Source: Chloroflexota bacterium
GTDB taxonomy: Bacteria; Chloroflexota; UBA5177
Assembly: GCA_035295425.1 (NCBI GenBank)
Contig: DATGJB010000003.1
Coordinates: forward strand, 213 to 64,212
Direction: 5' to 3'
Length of the DNA stretch: 64,000 bases
Shown here: in pieces, positions 29,242 to 39,090 of the stretch
Layout: the number at the start of each line of letters is the position of its first letter
Numbering within the stretch: position 1 is the first letter of the stretch
Position numbers and translations under genes: made by a program
Notes under the pieces: model-generated
Seen by the model: only the letters and a program-made list of their open reading frames with translations
Told to the model about the DNA's origin: nothing
Databases searched by the model: none

Positions 29242-29978
29242 CCCCGGTGCAGGCCGGCGAGTACGGCGCGGCGCATCGCACCCGGCTGCTGAACCACGCG
29301 GCTGAATCCACGCTCGAAGTGGCGTTCCATGCGGCTCTGGAAGAACGTGGCCACGGTGGTCATCGCCAGGTAGTACAGCGAGACGATCGTGAATGGCTCG
29401 AAGAACTTATAGGTGGCACTCGCCAGCTGATTGGTGTTGAAGAAGATCTCCTGCAAGCTTACGTAGTAGGCGAGAGATGTGTTCTTCAGCATCGAGATGA
29501 ACTCGTTACCGGTGGGCGGAATGATGAAGCGAACCGCCTGTGGCAGCACAACTCGCCGCATCGTCAGCCAGCCGGACATGCCGAGCGAGTGGGCAGCCTC
29601 CGTCTGTCCCGAATCCACGGAGGTGATGCCCGCGCGCACAATCTCAGCCATGTACGCTCCCTCATTCAAACTGAACGCGATGAGCGCTGAAGGGAATTCG
29701 CCGAGCGAGACCGCGTTGCCGGTCATCTGGGGAAGAGCGAAGTACACAAAAGCAAGCTGAACTAGCAGGGGTGTTCCACGAAAAAGCCAGATGTATACCC
29801 AGGCGATTACGCGCAGTATGGGCAGGGGACCGCGTGAGAGCCGCATAAGGGCGGCAATCAGCCCGAGCACGATACCGAAGAATTGCGCCAGCACCGCGAG
29901 CACGATCGTGACCAGCGCTCCGTGAACGAAGCCCGAATCGAACAGATACTGCCAGAAGAAATGGGTGTCGAAGTTCAC
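29238..29978 (-). CDS. polar amino acid ABC transporter permease (His/Glu/Gln/Arg/opine family)
   Basis: EAA-like loop and hydrophobic profile. 4-nt overlap with the ATPase gene. Confidence 0.85.
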   Translation of the reverse strand: MNFDTHFFWQYLFDSGFVHGALVTIVLAVLAQFFGIVLGLIAALMRLSRGPLPILRVIAWVYIWLFRGTPLLVQLAFVYFALPQMTGNAVSLGEFPSALIAFSLNEGAYMAEIVRAGITSVDSGQTEAAHSLGMSGWLTMRRVVLPQAVRFIIPPTGNEFISMLKNTSLAYYVSLQEIFFNTNQLASATYKFFEPFTIVSLYYLAMTTVATFFQSRMERHFERGFSRVVQQPGAMRRAVLAGLHRG

Positions 29979-30047
29979 CGCGGCCCTCCCGTTGAGACGG
30001 ACGGACGGGCGCCGCCGGCGCCCGTCCTCCGAAGGCTCGTTCCGGCG

Positions 30048-30935
30048 TTAGAGGCTGGCTATATTCACGCCCCACTTATTGAGAATCCGCTTGTACTGGC
30101 CATTCGCTCTGATCTTGGCGAGCGCAGACTGGAGTGCCGTCCGCAGTGCGTGGTTGTTTTTACGTACCGCGATGCCGTAGTCCTCGCTCGCCGCGAACGG
30201 GGCGCCGGCCAGCCGGAATGTTGATGGATGCTGCTTCACGTAGTATCCACAGACGACGCTGTCGCCGCTGTAGGCCTCCGCGTGGCCGGCGGCGAATGCC
30301 TGGAACGCCGCGGTGTCGAGGGGGTAAACCTTGATATTGATCTTCTTCTTGCAGGTCGCGTTGGCCGCTTGCAGCCCGGAGAACTCGGTCGTCCCGCTCT
30401 CGACGGCCACCGAGTGCCCACACACCTGGCCGTAGCCGTTCGCCTTGATCGAGCTGCCCTTGCGGACCACGATGCCTTCACCGGCGCGCATGTAATCGAC
30501 GAATGACACCTGCTGACGGCGAGCCGGCGTGTCGTTCATACTCGACATAATTACGTCGAAGTCACCTCGCTGGAGCGACGGGATGATGGTATCGAAGATG
30601 TGAGACACGATCACTGCGCCCTTGAGCCCCATGGCGCGGGCGAGTGCATTTGCCAGATCGACGTCCGCTCCCATGTACTGTTTGGTACTGGGGCTCTGAA
30701 ATTCCATCGGCGGATAGGTAGTGTCCGACCCGACGGTCAGGTAGCCGGCACGCTTTAGATGCAGGCCGGATCCCGCAGCGTGCGACCCGTGGGCCAGACC
30801 GGCGCCTGCTGCTACGCCCCCCCACGCTCCCGAAAACAACAGCGCAAGCGCGCCGCAGGCGATGCCGAAACGAGTCTTTAACTTCATGCTTCTCCTCCTC
30901 ACAACGGCCGCGTTGTGGAGTACATCGCCCCGCAA
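30048..30935 (-). CDS. ABC transporter substrate-binding protein (family 3, polar amino acids), lipo/secreted
   Basis: Signal peptide (FGIACGALALLFSGAWGG). Type-3 SBP fold motifs (GYLTVGSDTTYPPMEF, GDFDVIMSSMNDTPARR). Confidence 0.8.
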   Translation of the reverse strand: MRGDVLHNAAVVRRRSMKLKTRFGIACGALALLFSGAWGGVAAGAGLAHGSHAAGSGLHLKRAGYLTVGSDTTYPPMEFQSPSTKQYMGADVDLANALARAMGLKGAVIVSHIFDTIIPSLQRGDFDVIMSSMNDTPARRQQVSFVDYMRAGEGIVVRKGSSIKANGYGQVCGHSVAVESGTTEFSGLQAANATCKKKINIKVYPLDTAAFQAFAAGHAEAYSGDSVVCGYYVKQHPSTFRLAGAPFAASEDYGIAVRKNNHALRTALQSALAKIRANGQYKRILNKWGVNIASL

Positions 30936-31021
30936 AGCCGCAGCCTAAGCAGAATATAGAGTCGGGTCTGTGCCGAGGTCAACGGAGACGGGCGGCGTGG
31001 AGGCCCTCGGAGGACGCCGGC

Positions 31022-32593
31022 CTAATGCTTGAAGTGGCGTGACCCCGTAAAGATCATGGCGACCGCGCCCCTATCGGCGGCCTCGATCACCTCCTTATCC
31101 CGGATCGATCCCCCCGGTTGGATGACGGCCGTGACTCCTGCTTCCACCGCGTGCTCCACGCCGTCAGGGAAAGGAAAGTACGCGTCAGATGCCATTACGG
31201 CGCCGCGCGATCGGTCGCCGGCCATCCTGACGGCGAGGTCGACCGCGTTCACCCGGCTCATTTGCCCGGCTCCGACGCCGACCAGCGCGAGCTTCTTGGC
31301 GAGCACGACTCCGTTGGACTTGACATGCTTGACGGCTCTCCACGCGAAGTGAAGATCTGTCAGCTCTTCCAGCGTCGGCTGCCGCTTCGAGACAACCTGC
31401 ATGCTGGCTGACGGGTCGGATGCCACATTGCGTGTCTGAACCAGAAACCCGCCGTCGATACGCTTGAAATCGAGGTCCGCATAGGGCATCCAGCTGATGT
31501 CCTGATACGGTCCGGACATGGTACCGCGCACGCTGAGCAAACGGATCGCCTTCTTGCGGGACAGAATCTGTACTGCCTCGGGCGTGAAGTCTGGGGCGAT
31601 CACCGCCTCGAAGTAGAGGCGCACGATCTCCTCGGCGGTGGTCTCGTCCAGTGTTCGGTTCACTCCGATGATGCCGCCGTATGCGGCCTGCGGGTCACCC
31701 GCGAACGCCTTTTCATACGCTTCTCGCAAGTCACGACCCGCCGCGATACCAGTCGGATTGGTGTGCTTCACGATAGCCGCGGTTGGCGCCTGGAAGTCGT
31801 TCACCATCGACCAGGCGGCATCAACGTCCAGGAGGTTGTTGAAGGAGAGCTCCTTGCCGTGCAATTGCTCGGCCGTCGCCACGGAGCGCGGCGCGCGCAG
31901 CTGGCGCGAGCGCGGTGTGTCGCCGTAAAGGGCCGCTCGCTGGTGTAGGTTCTCTCCATAGCGAAGGTCCTGCAGCTTGTACAGCGGAACGCTGAACGAC
32001 GCAGGAAAGTCCGCATCGTCGCCGTGGAGGAAGTAGGAGGTGACGTAGGAGTCGTACGCGGCGGTATGAGCGAAAGCCTTGGCGGCGAGTCGGCGGCGGG
32101 TCTTGTCCTTGTTGGCGCGGTAGCGGTACAGCTCCGCGAGGACGTCCTCATAGTCTTCCGGGTCGACCACAACGGTGACGTGCTCCCAGTTCTTCGCCGC
32201 AGCCCGCAGCAGCGCGGCGCCACCGATGTCGATGTACTCCATCGCCTCTTCCCGACTCGCGTGAGCGCCCGACATGACCTCGACGAAGGGATAGAGGTTC
32301 ACGACTACGATGTCGATGGGCTCGATCTTGTACTCGGACAGAGAGGCGTTATGCTCCTCGCTCCCTCGATCGGCCAGAATCGCGCCGAAGATGGTCGGGT
32401 GCAGGCTCTTGACGCGCCCTCCCAGGATCTCTGGAAACTCGGTCACGTCCGAGACTGTTGTCGCTTCGACACCGTTCTCGCGCAGGAACTCGAATGTGCC
32501 GTCAGTGGCGATGATGTCGACATCAAGCTCACGCAGCCCGTTCGAAAAGTCCAGGATTCCAGCTTTGTCGTACACGCTGATTAGCGCGCGCAT
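31022..32593 (-). CDS. purH: bifunctional AICAR formyltransferase / IMP cyclohydrolase
   Basis: ORF 31022..32728. MRALISVYDKAGILDF MGS-like N-terminus and AICARFT domain (GGIIGVNR, SDAYFPFPDG). Start at the internal ATG giving ~523 aa. Confidence 0.9.
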   Translation of the reverse strand: MRALISVYDKAGILDFSNGLRELDVDIIATDGTFEFLRENGVEATTVSDVTEFPEILGGRVKSLHPTIFGAILADRGSEEHNASLSEYKIEPIDIVVVNLYPFVEVMSGAHASREEAMEYIDIGGAALLRAAAKNWEHVTVVVDPEDYEDVLAELYRYRANKDKTRRRLAAKAFAHTAAYDSYVTSYFLHGDDADFPASFSVPLYKLQDLRYGENLHQRAALYGDTPRSRQLRAPRSVATAEQLHGKELSFNNLLDVDAAWSMVNDFQAPTAAIVKHTNPTGIAAGRDLREAYEKAFAGDPQAAYGGIIGVNRTLDETTAEEIVRLYFEAVIAPDFTPEAVQILSRKKAIRLLSVRGTMSGPYQDISWMPYADLDFKRIDGGFLVQTRNVASDPSASMQVVSKRQPTLEELTDLHFAWRAVKHVKSNGVVLAKKLALVGVGAGQMSRVNAVDLAVRMAGDRSRGAVMASDAYFPFPDGVEHAVEAGVTAVIQPGGSIRDKEVIEAADRGAVAMIFTGSRHFKH

Positions 32594-32889
32594 TGTCGGA
32601 CCTCGCTCCTCCCTGACCTTTCCGACCTCGCGCCGTCCGTCACTTCCCCAGGTACTTCCTGCGGGCTCCGGATGGCGGCTGCTCCGCGGGCGGCGCGGAC
32701 CAGCAGCCGGTTTGGCCAGCTCCAACACAAAAGAATCTCCGGCAAGCGACCGGAGGGCAGCACATTATAGTCGCCACCGCAAGAGGGAACGCGGAAACAA
32801 TAGCCAGCGTCACCGGCCGGCCCGACATTTGGGTCGTTGCGACCATGGCTTTGACTGGGACAATAGGCGGTCGCCGGTTGGAGGTGTGA

Positions 32890-33153
32890 ATGACGCGGCA
32901 GTCACGGTCTGAGGTTGCAGTGCTGCTTCAGGAGGCTCGTGCGCTCGAACTACTGGCCGACGAAGCGGAGGTTTCGCCAGCCCGGCTCGAGGAGTACTGG
33001 AGGCTGACGGCGGATCTCATCAACGTCGTCGCCGATATCGAAACCCTGGAGCTTGATAAGCCCAACGCCGATTACGCCGATCCGCAGGTCTTCCAGCTGA
33101 AACGCCGGCTACGTGAGATAGCTTCCACGCTTATGCAGCTCGAGAGGGAGTGA
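32890..33153 (+). CDS. hypothetical acidic helical protein (87 aa)
   Basis: ATG with GGAGGTG just upstream. No recognisable motif. Convergent with the next small ORF. Confidence 0.35.
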   Translation: MTRQSRSEVAVLLQEARALELLADEAEVSPARLEEYWRLTADLINVVADIETLELDKPNADYADPQVFQLKRRLREIASTLMQLERE

Positions 33154-33195
33154 TCGCAGACGCCCGGCGACGCGGATGCGCCGCGTTTCGAATTC

Positions 33196-33462
33196 TCAGG
33201 CGGTTCGCTGGGCTCGAAGGGCCTCGCTCTGTGCCGGCGTGATCTTGTGACTTTCGTTGTTTCGCCAGCAGCGGGAGGTACTGCACATGCAGCGGTCCTG
33301 GTCGGCCTGGGTCTCCGGCGGCCAGCCCTTGAGGCAGTAGACCTCGTAGAGGAGTAGCTCCCCGTCCGGCGTACGCTGCTCACCGTGGACCCAGTTCTCA
33401 CGGTAGTACGGGCACGCGCCCTTGTGACGCCGAAACCGCCCCTCATCTGGAATCATGCTCAA
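33196..33462 (-). CDS. hypothetical small Cys-rich protein (88 aa; C17, C43, C58, C60, C65)
   Basis: ORF only. ...HKGACPYYRENWVHGE...YCLKGWPPE...RCMCSTSRCW... suggests a metal-binding fold. No family recognised. Confidence 0.3.
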   Translation of the reverse strand: MSMIPDEGRFRRHKGACPYYRENWVHGEQRTPDGELLLYEVYCLKGWPPETQADQDRCMCSTSRCWRNNESHKITPAQSEALRAQRTA

Positions 33463-33504
33463 GCCCCTCAGTCAACCCTATCCGCCTCACCGTCCGCGGC
33501 GCCC

Positions 33505-34464
33505 TCAGCTTGCTCCGCTGCCCGCCGCTTGTCCGCGCCTCATTACCTCGAGAAGCTCCTCGACGGCGGACGCGGAGCGGTCAAGCGATTCCTGCTCCTG
33601 CGAGGATAACTCGATTTCGACGATCTCCTCAACCCCTTGGGCGCCCAGCCTGACCGGCACGCCGAGGAAGATTCCATTGTGGCCGTACTCACCTTCGAGA
33701 TGCACCGAGCACGGAAGAATGCGCTTCTGGTCCAGCACCATCGCCTCCACCATGGCCAGCACGGACGCGGAGGGTGCGTAGTAGGCGCTGCCGGTTTTGA
33801 GAAGGTTGACGATCTCGGCGCCACCGTTCGCCGTCCGCTCCACGATCCTCGCAATCCTATCCTGATCCAGCAGCTCAGGAAGCGGCACGCCGGCCACCGT
33901 CGAGCAGCGCGGAAGCGGGACCATGGTGTCGCCATGGCCGCCCAGGACAAATGCGGACACGTCGACCACCGAGACGCCGAGCTCGGCGGCGATGAACGAG
34001 CGCATACGGGCTGAGTCGAGAACGCCCGCCATGCCCATCACCCGGCGCCGGGGGAACCCCGTCGCATGAAACATCGCCTGCGCCATGGCGTCGAGTGGAT
34101 TGGTCACGACGATGACGATGGCCTCCGGCGCATACTCCTTGATCGCAGCGCCCCATTCATTCATGACCCTCTGATTCGTTGTCACGAGATCGTCCCGGCT
34201 CATGCCCGGCTTTCGGGGCATCCCGGCAGTGACGACGATGAGATCGCATCCGTCGAGCTGAGCATGGCTGCTACCACCCTCGAGTTGTGTGTCGTAGCCG
34301 AGCACCGGCCCGCTCTCCTGGATGTCGAGCGCCTTACCGCGGGCGACTCCTTCGGCTTCCGGAATGTCGAGTAGAACGACGTCGGCGTAATTGCGCTCGG
34401 CGATCCGCTGGGCCGTACTCGCGCCGACGTTGCCCGCTCCCACGATGCCAATCTTGTGACGCAC
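33505..34464 (-). CDS. mdh: malate dehydrogenase (LDH-like type)
   Basis: KIGIVGAGNVG Rossmann N-terminus and LDH/MDH catalytic motifs (MPRKPGMSRDDL, VTNPLD). GTG at 34462-34464 preceded by GAGGAGG 6 nt upstream (ORF track 33505..34548). Confidence 0.85.
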   Translation of the reverse strand: MRHKIGIVGAGNVGASTAQRIAERNYADVVLLDIPEAEGVARGKALDIQESGPVLGYDTQLEGGSSHAQLDGCDLIVVTAGMPRKPGMSRDDLVTTNQRVMNEWGAAIKEYAPEAIVIVVTNPLDAMAQAMFHATGFPRRRVMGMAGVLDSARMRSFIAAELGVSVVDVSAFVLGGHGDTMVPLPRCSTVAGVPLPELLDQDRIARIVERTANGGAEIVNLLKTGSAYYAPSASVLAMVEAMVLDQKRILPCSVHLEGEYGHNGIFLGVPVRLGAQGVEEIVEIELSSQEQESLDRSASAVEELLEVMRRGQAAGSGAS

Positions 34465-34617
34465 CCGTTTCCTCCTCGCCCCACCGACGCGGTTGATCAC
34501 CGGCCAGCAGAGCATTGCGCAGCCAGTTCTCCGGTAGACCATCGCCAACCGGCTTGAGATCCACCGTTCGCCTGCCAGATGCTCGTGCGGCAGGCCTTCT
34601 CAGCGTACATCAGGAGG

Positions 34618-35649
34618 TCAGTCCATAGTCGACGCCGAATGGACTTCGCCCTGAAGAACGACGCGATAGGCGGCAAGATAGCCTTCGGTCATGGCGTCGA
34701 TCGAAAAGTGCTCCTCGACTCGCTGCCGGCAGGCCGATCGACTGATGTCTCCAATACTGGCAACGGCGGACACTGCCTCGTCCACCCCAGCCACGACGAA
34801 GCCGGTTCGCCCGTCTGCCACCACCTCGCCGACCGAACCGAGGTCGGTGCCGATCACCGGGGTGCCCGACGCCATAGACTCCGCCATGGCGAGCCCGAAT
34901 CTCTCCGGTATGGTCGTGAGGTGGAGGCTGGCCCATGCTCCCCCCAGCAACTCGTCGCGGTCCCGGGGTCCGACCGGCCCGACGAACTCGACGTCTCCAC
35001 CGATGCGAGGCGCGATCAGTGAGTCGAAGTACGCTTGATCCTGCACGATCCCTGCGATGACGAGCCGCCGTCCACTTCGCTGCGCCACGTCGATTGCGAG
35101 GTGGACCCCTTTGTCCGGGTGAATTCGCCCCACGAACGCCAGGTAGTCACCGGGATCGGGCCGAAACGTAAAGTCCTGAAGGCGGATTCCGTTGTACACG
35201 GTGGCGACGTATGGCAGGTAGGGGTCGCGGTCAGCATCGCTGATCGAGACGAAGTACGATGCCCGATACTTGCGATAGACGAGTCGGAACTGTTCCAGAG
35301 AGAACCCGTGGACGGTCGTGAGCATCGGCGTCGCTACCAGACGCGAATAGGTCAACGGCATGAAGTCGTAGTGGCTATGAATGAGATCGAAGTCACTGGC
35401 GCGCTCCATGACGTTCGCGATGTGCAGGAACTCCCACACTTTCGGGTCGAGCGAGGAATCCTCGGAGTAGGGGCGCGGACAGACTGCTTCGAGGTTGGCC
35501 CCGGTGACGGAGTCAGCCGAGGCGAAGAGCGTGACGTCGTGGCCGCGCGACACCAACCCTTCGGTGAGATTACTCACGACAGTTTCCCAGGCGCCGTAGT
35601 GCCTGGGCGGGGTGCGCCAGGAGATAGGGCCGAGCATCGCGACCTTCAC
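34618..35649 (-). CDS. glycosyltransferase family 4
   Basis: ORF 34618..35682. GTG at 35649 with GGAGGA RBS. VKVAMLGPISWRTPPRHYGAWETVVSNLTEGLVSRGHDVTLFAS N-terminal GT-B signature. C-terminal nucleotide-sugar-binding region. Confidence 0.75.
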   Translation of the reverse strand: MKVAMLGPISWRTPPRHYGAWETVVSNLTEGLVSRGHDVTLFASADSVTGANLEAVCPRPYSEDSSLDPKVWEFLHIANVMERASDFDLIHSHYDFMPLTYSRLVATPMLTTVHGFSLEQFRLVYRKYRASYFVSISDADRDPYLPYVATVYNGIRLQDFTFRPDPGDYLAFVGRIHPDKGVHLAIDVAQRSGRRLVIAGIVQDQAYFDSLIAPRIGGDVEFVGPVGPRDRDELLGGAWASLHLTTIPERFGLAMAESMASGTPVIGTDLGSVGEVVADGRTGFVVAGVDEAVSAVASIGDISRSACRQRVEEHFSIDAMTEGYLAAYRVVLQGEVHSASTMD

Positions 35650-35702
35650 GCACTTCCTCCCGACCGAGTAGAGTCGGCTCATTCTAGGCAGCCGAAGCGG
35701 AC

Positions 35703-36215
35703 ATGAGATCAGAGCCGGCCGGCAAGCTTGAGGCCCCAGCCCGTGCAGCGCCCGGCGTTGTGCGCGCGTACGCCCAGCTGGTGGGCGTCGCCCTCGCCGT
35801 CTTCCTGGCAGATCAGATCAGCAAGCGAGCGGCAGAGCTTTCATTGTCGGGCGGACAGATCATACGTCTGGTGGGCGGCGCTGTTCTCCTCGATTACACC
35901 CGAAATACGGGCGCTGCATTCGGAGTGTTCAAGTCGGCCGGCGGGGCGTTTGTGCTGATCGCGGCGGGGGTGAGTCTGGCGATCCTCGGAAGTTACCGGT
36001 TACTCGCGCGCAGCCAGGCAGGAGTGCGGGTGGCGTCGGGACTGATCCTGGGGGGAGCGGTGGGGAACATGCTCGACCGCCTCCGGCTGGGCTACGTCGT
36101 CGACTTCATAGATCTTCGCTGGTGGCCTGTCTTCAACCTCGCCGACAGCGCCATTGTCCTCGGCGTCGGACTCTTCGTGGCAATCTCGCTGCGGGACTCG
36201 CTGGCACAGCGGTGA
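35703..36215 (+). CDS. lspA: lipoprotein signal peptidase (signal peptidase II)
   Basis: Conserved LspA blocks ([44 protein letters not shown]). Confidence 0.8.
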   Translation: MRSEPAGKLEAPARAAPGVVRAYAQLVGVALAVFLADQISKRAAELSLSGGQIIRLVGGAVLLDYTRNTGAAFGVFKSAGGAFVLIAAGVSLAILGSYRLLARSQAGVRVASGLILGGAVGNMLDRLRLGYVVDFIDLRWWPVFNLADSAIVLGVGLFVAISLRDSLAQR

Positions 36216-37135
36216 GCCAGTCGGTTACCTTTACCGCGTCCGAAAGCGACAATGGAGCCCGTGTCGACCTCGCGGTCGCGACGAGGTATGCCGAGCTCTC
36301 GCGCTCGCAGATCCGTTCGTCCATCCTCGAGCACCGGCTTCTCGTCAACGGACATACGGTCAAGCCGGCGCACCGCCTTCATGCCGGAGACATCGTGAGC
36401 GGACACATCCCCGATCCGCCACCGCTCTCGGCACGTCCCGAAGACATATCTCTAACGATCGTCTACGAGGATGCGGACCTGGCTGTTATCGACAAGCCGG
36501 CCGGCCTTGTCGTGCACCCGGCACCAGGCCACGCTTCAGGGACGCTTGCAAACGCCCTCGCCAGCCGGTTTCCCTCGACGCTCTCGGTAGGGCCCGGCTT
36601 CCGACCGGGCATCGTCCACCGGCTGGACAAGGACACATCCGGCCTCATGGTCGTGGCGTTAACTCCCGCCGCTCAGCGGTCGCTGCAGCGACAGCTCGCG
36701 GCGCGTGAGGTACGAAGGCACTACCTTGCCCTGGCTGCAGGCCGCGTCGAGCCCGAGGCCGCGACCATAGATGCCCCGATCGGGCGCGATCCGCGCTCCC
36801 GGGAGCGCATGGCCGCTCACGGCTTCGCGGCCCGGGCAGCCCAAACGACCTATCGCGTGCGTCAGTACCGAGGCCCCTTTTCGTACCTGGACGTCGCGCT
36901 CCACACCGGCCGCACTCACCAGATTCGCGTGCACCTGTCCGGACTGGGGCATCCGCTCGCCGGTGATTTGCTGTACGGCGGTCCGGCGATTCCCGGTCTG
37001 GGCCGCCAATTCCTGCACGCTCACCGGCTCGAGATTCGATCTCCTTCGACCGCACAGGACATGCACTTCGTGTCGCCGCTACCACCGGACTTGCAGCACT
37101 TCCTGGATTCGCTGCCACCCGCAGACGCCGCTTGA
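36212..37135 (+). CDS. rluD: RluA-family 23S rRNA pseudouridine synthase (RluD-like)
   Basis: GTG at 36212 overlaps the lspA TGA (GTGA). S4-like N-terminus and catalytic motif ([15 protein letters not shown]...[17 protein letters not shown]...HQIRVHL). Confidence 0.8.
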   Translation: MSQSVTFTASESDNGARVDLAVATRYAELSRSQIRSSILEHRLLVNGHTVKPAHRLHAGDIVSGHIPDPPPLSARPEDISLTIVYEDADLAVIDKPAGLVVHPAPGHASGTLANALASRFPSTLSVGPGFRPGIVHRLDKDTSGLMVVALTPAAQRSLQRQLAAREVRRHYLALAAGRVEPEAATIDAPIGRDPRSRERMAAHGFAARAAQTTYRVRQYRGPFSYLDVALHTGRTHQIRVHLSGLGHPLAGDLLYGGPAIPGLGRQFLHAHRLEIRSPSTAQDMHFVSPLPPDLQHFLDSLPPADAA

Positions 37136-37407
37136 TGCTCCGGCGCACCAGCCGGGCGCGAGCGGAGAACGGTGCCTCCCCGGGCGGATTGGCGACCTGG
37201 GAGTCGCGTACCACGGGCCGTGCGGCAACGGCCATGCCGGTCCGCGTACAGCACCAGTCGACAGGTGCAATTTCGCCGTGTCCGAATTTCGCAACATTGC
37301 TGGATTCCCCCAAAACAACATACCGACCATGCGTGCGCAACCGACACAATATGTGGTAATCAGAGAGCGACTATGTGGCCGCAGGACACACGAATGTGCT
37401 TTGCGGT

Positions 37408-37429
37408 TTGACTGACGCTCTGCTACGAT
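37408..37429 (+). promoter_or_regulatory. candidate dnaA promoter (TTGACT ... extended -10 TGcTACGAT)
   Basis: Read by eye ~50 nt upstream of the dnaA TTG. Spacing is non-canonical. Low confidence. Confidence 0.2.
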
Positions 37430-37479
37430 GACGCCACTGGACCGAGCGGGGCGATCCAACAACGCGCCTGGAGTAGCAC

Positions 37480-38820
37480 TTGGAAGCGCAGACTGTCTGG
37501 CGGTCTGTTCTCTCGTCGCTGCAGGAGACGATGCCTCCTGCCAATTTCGATACGTGGCTGCGGCCCACACGGGCGATCGAGTGCAGTGAGAACGTTCTCG
37601 TCGTGGGCGTGCCCACGACGTACGGACGTGAGTGGCTGGAGCAGCGCCTCTCCACGGTCATTCGGCACACTCTGGGTCAGATCGGGCGGGGCGAGCTCGA
37701 CCTGCGATTTCAGGTCATGAGCGAGCTCGCCGAGGTGAACGGGCGCCGCGGGCGGCGTCTCGGGGCAGCGGCGCTTGGACAGCTCTTCACCGGCCAGTCG
37801 GAATTCAACCCGCGCTACACCTTCGCCGACTTCATTGAGGGCCCGAGCAATCGCTTCGCCTACAACGCCGCGTTGGCGGCGGCAAGGTCTCCTGGCCAGA
37901 CGTACAACCCGTTGTTCATCTACGGCGGCGTGGGGCTGGGAAAGACGCATCTCCTGCATGCAATCGGACATGCGGTGAAGCGCGAATTCGTGGACTACCG
38001 CGTGGTTTACGCCACGTCGGAGCGCTTCATAAACGAGCTCATACGGGCGATTCGTGAAGGGTCGACCGAGGAGTTCCGCGAACACTACCGAGACGTGGAC
38101 GTGCTGCTTATCGATGACATCCAATTTCTGGGTGGCAAGGAGAGCACGCAGGAGGAGTTCTTTCACACCTTCAATGCACTGCACGATTCCGGTCGGCAGA
38201 TCGTGATTTCGAGCGACAATCGTCCGAAGGCGCTGAATCCTCTGGAGGACCGTCTTCGCTCCCGCTTCGAATGGGGTTTGATCGCGGACATCCAACCTCC
38301 GGAATTGGAGACTCGCATCGCCATCCTCCGTTCCAAGGCGGAAAAACAAGATCTGCCCGTACCTCCCGATGTGGTGCAGTATCTGGCCCGCCGCGTTCCC
38401 AGCAACATCCGGGAGCTGGAGGGCAGTCTCAACCGGATCATCGCCTACGCGTCGCTGAACGAGCGGCAGCTGAGCGTCGATCTGGCTGCGGCCGCCCTGG
38501 ACAGTCTGAGCGGCCCGCGCCGCGCCCAGGTGACACCGCGATCCATCATCGACTGTGTTGCGAAGCACTACGGCGTGTCCCTCGACGACCTTCGCGGGAA
38601 GAGCCGAGACAAATCAATCGTCGTACCGCGGCAGGTGGCGATGTACCTGGTGCGCGAAGAAACCAATGCCTCCCTCGAACAAATCGGGCAGCTGCTGGGT
38701 GGACGCGACCACACGACGGTGATGCACGGCTGGGACAAGATGACCACAGCTGTGCAGGATGATCACCAGCTGCGAAACGACGTGCTGGCGGTGCGCAGCA
38801 TGATGTACGGGAGCGAGTAA
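37480..38820 (+). CDS. dnaA: chromosomal replication initiator protein DnaA
   Basis: TTG at 37480, with GGAG 9 nt upstream and an in-frame TAG 2 codons upstream. N-terminus ...VWRSVLSSLQETMPPANFDTWLRP. AAA+ Walker A GGVGLGKTHLL. Box VII/sensor-II and C-terminal DNA-binding signature (VVPRQVAMYLVREETNASLEQIGQLLGGRDHTTVMH). Confidence 0.9.
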   Translation: MEAQTVWRSVLSSLQETMPPANFDTWLRPTRAIECSENVLVVGVPTTYGREWLEQRLSTVIRHTLGQIGRGELDLRFQVMSELAEVNGRRGRRLGAAALGQLFTGQSEFNPRYTFADFIEGPSNRFAYNAALAAARSPGQTYNPLFIYGGVGLGKTHLLHAIGHAVKREFVDYRVVYATSERFINELIRAIREGSTEEFREHYRDVDVLLIDDIQFLGGKESTQEEFFHTFNALHDSGRQIVISSDNRPKALNPLEDRLRSRFEWGLIADIQPPELETRIAILRSKAEKQDLPVPPDVVQYLARRVPSNIRELEGSLNRIIAYASLNERQLSVDLAAAALDSLSGPRRAQVTPRSIIDCVAKHYGVSLDDLRGKSRDKSIVVPRQVAMYLVREETNASLEQIGQLLGGRDHTTVMHGWDKMTTAVQDDHQLRNDVLAVRSMMYGSE

Positions 38821-38980
38821 GCCCCTCGCCACCTGACGGAGCGAGTTCTCGCACGATCCGTGGACGTGCCCGGCCGTAGTAGCGTGCGTTACGCCCGGGT
38901 TGGTGCACTGCCCAGCTCGGGAGCTCCCGGCCGCGCGCTGCTGTGGCAGGTCGAACACCGACGGGACTATCGGCGCTGGC

Positions 38981-39060
38981 TGTGGACAATGCCGTTCCAT
39001 TTGTGGAAAACGCCCCATGGCTGAGGATAGTTATCCACTAGTTAGAGCATTATGGTAACG
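38981..39060. promoter_or_regulatory. candidate oriC segment: three DnaA-box-like 9-mers plus a locally AT-rich stretch
   Basis: TGTGGACAA at 38981-38989 (revcomp TTGTCCACA), TGTGGAAAA at 39002-39010 (revcomp TTTTCCACA), TTATCCACT at 39031-39039. Each is 1 mismatch from TTATCCACA. Followed by GTTAGAGCATTATGGTAACG, one of the most AT-rich 20-mers in the window. Confidence 0.5.
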
Positions 39061-39090
39061 ACAGTCGCGCGTCCCCCACCGGCAATGCCG

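Noticed and set aside
30936-31021. Possible terminator after purH (GGAGGCCCTCGGAGG)
   Set aside because: The palindrome has no loop and no U-tract. More likely just the promoter/RBS region of the ABC operon.
37136-37479. oriC upstream of dnaA
   Set aside because: Only weak DnaA-box matches (3 or more mismatches each: ATTACCACA, GCGGCCACA) and no AT-rich unwinding element. The downstream gap is the better candidate, though the upstream region may still hold the dnaA promoter.
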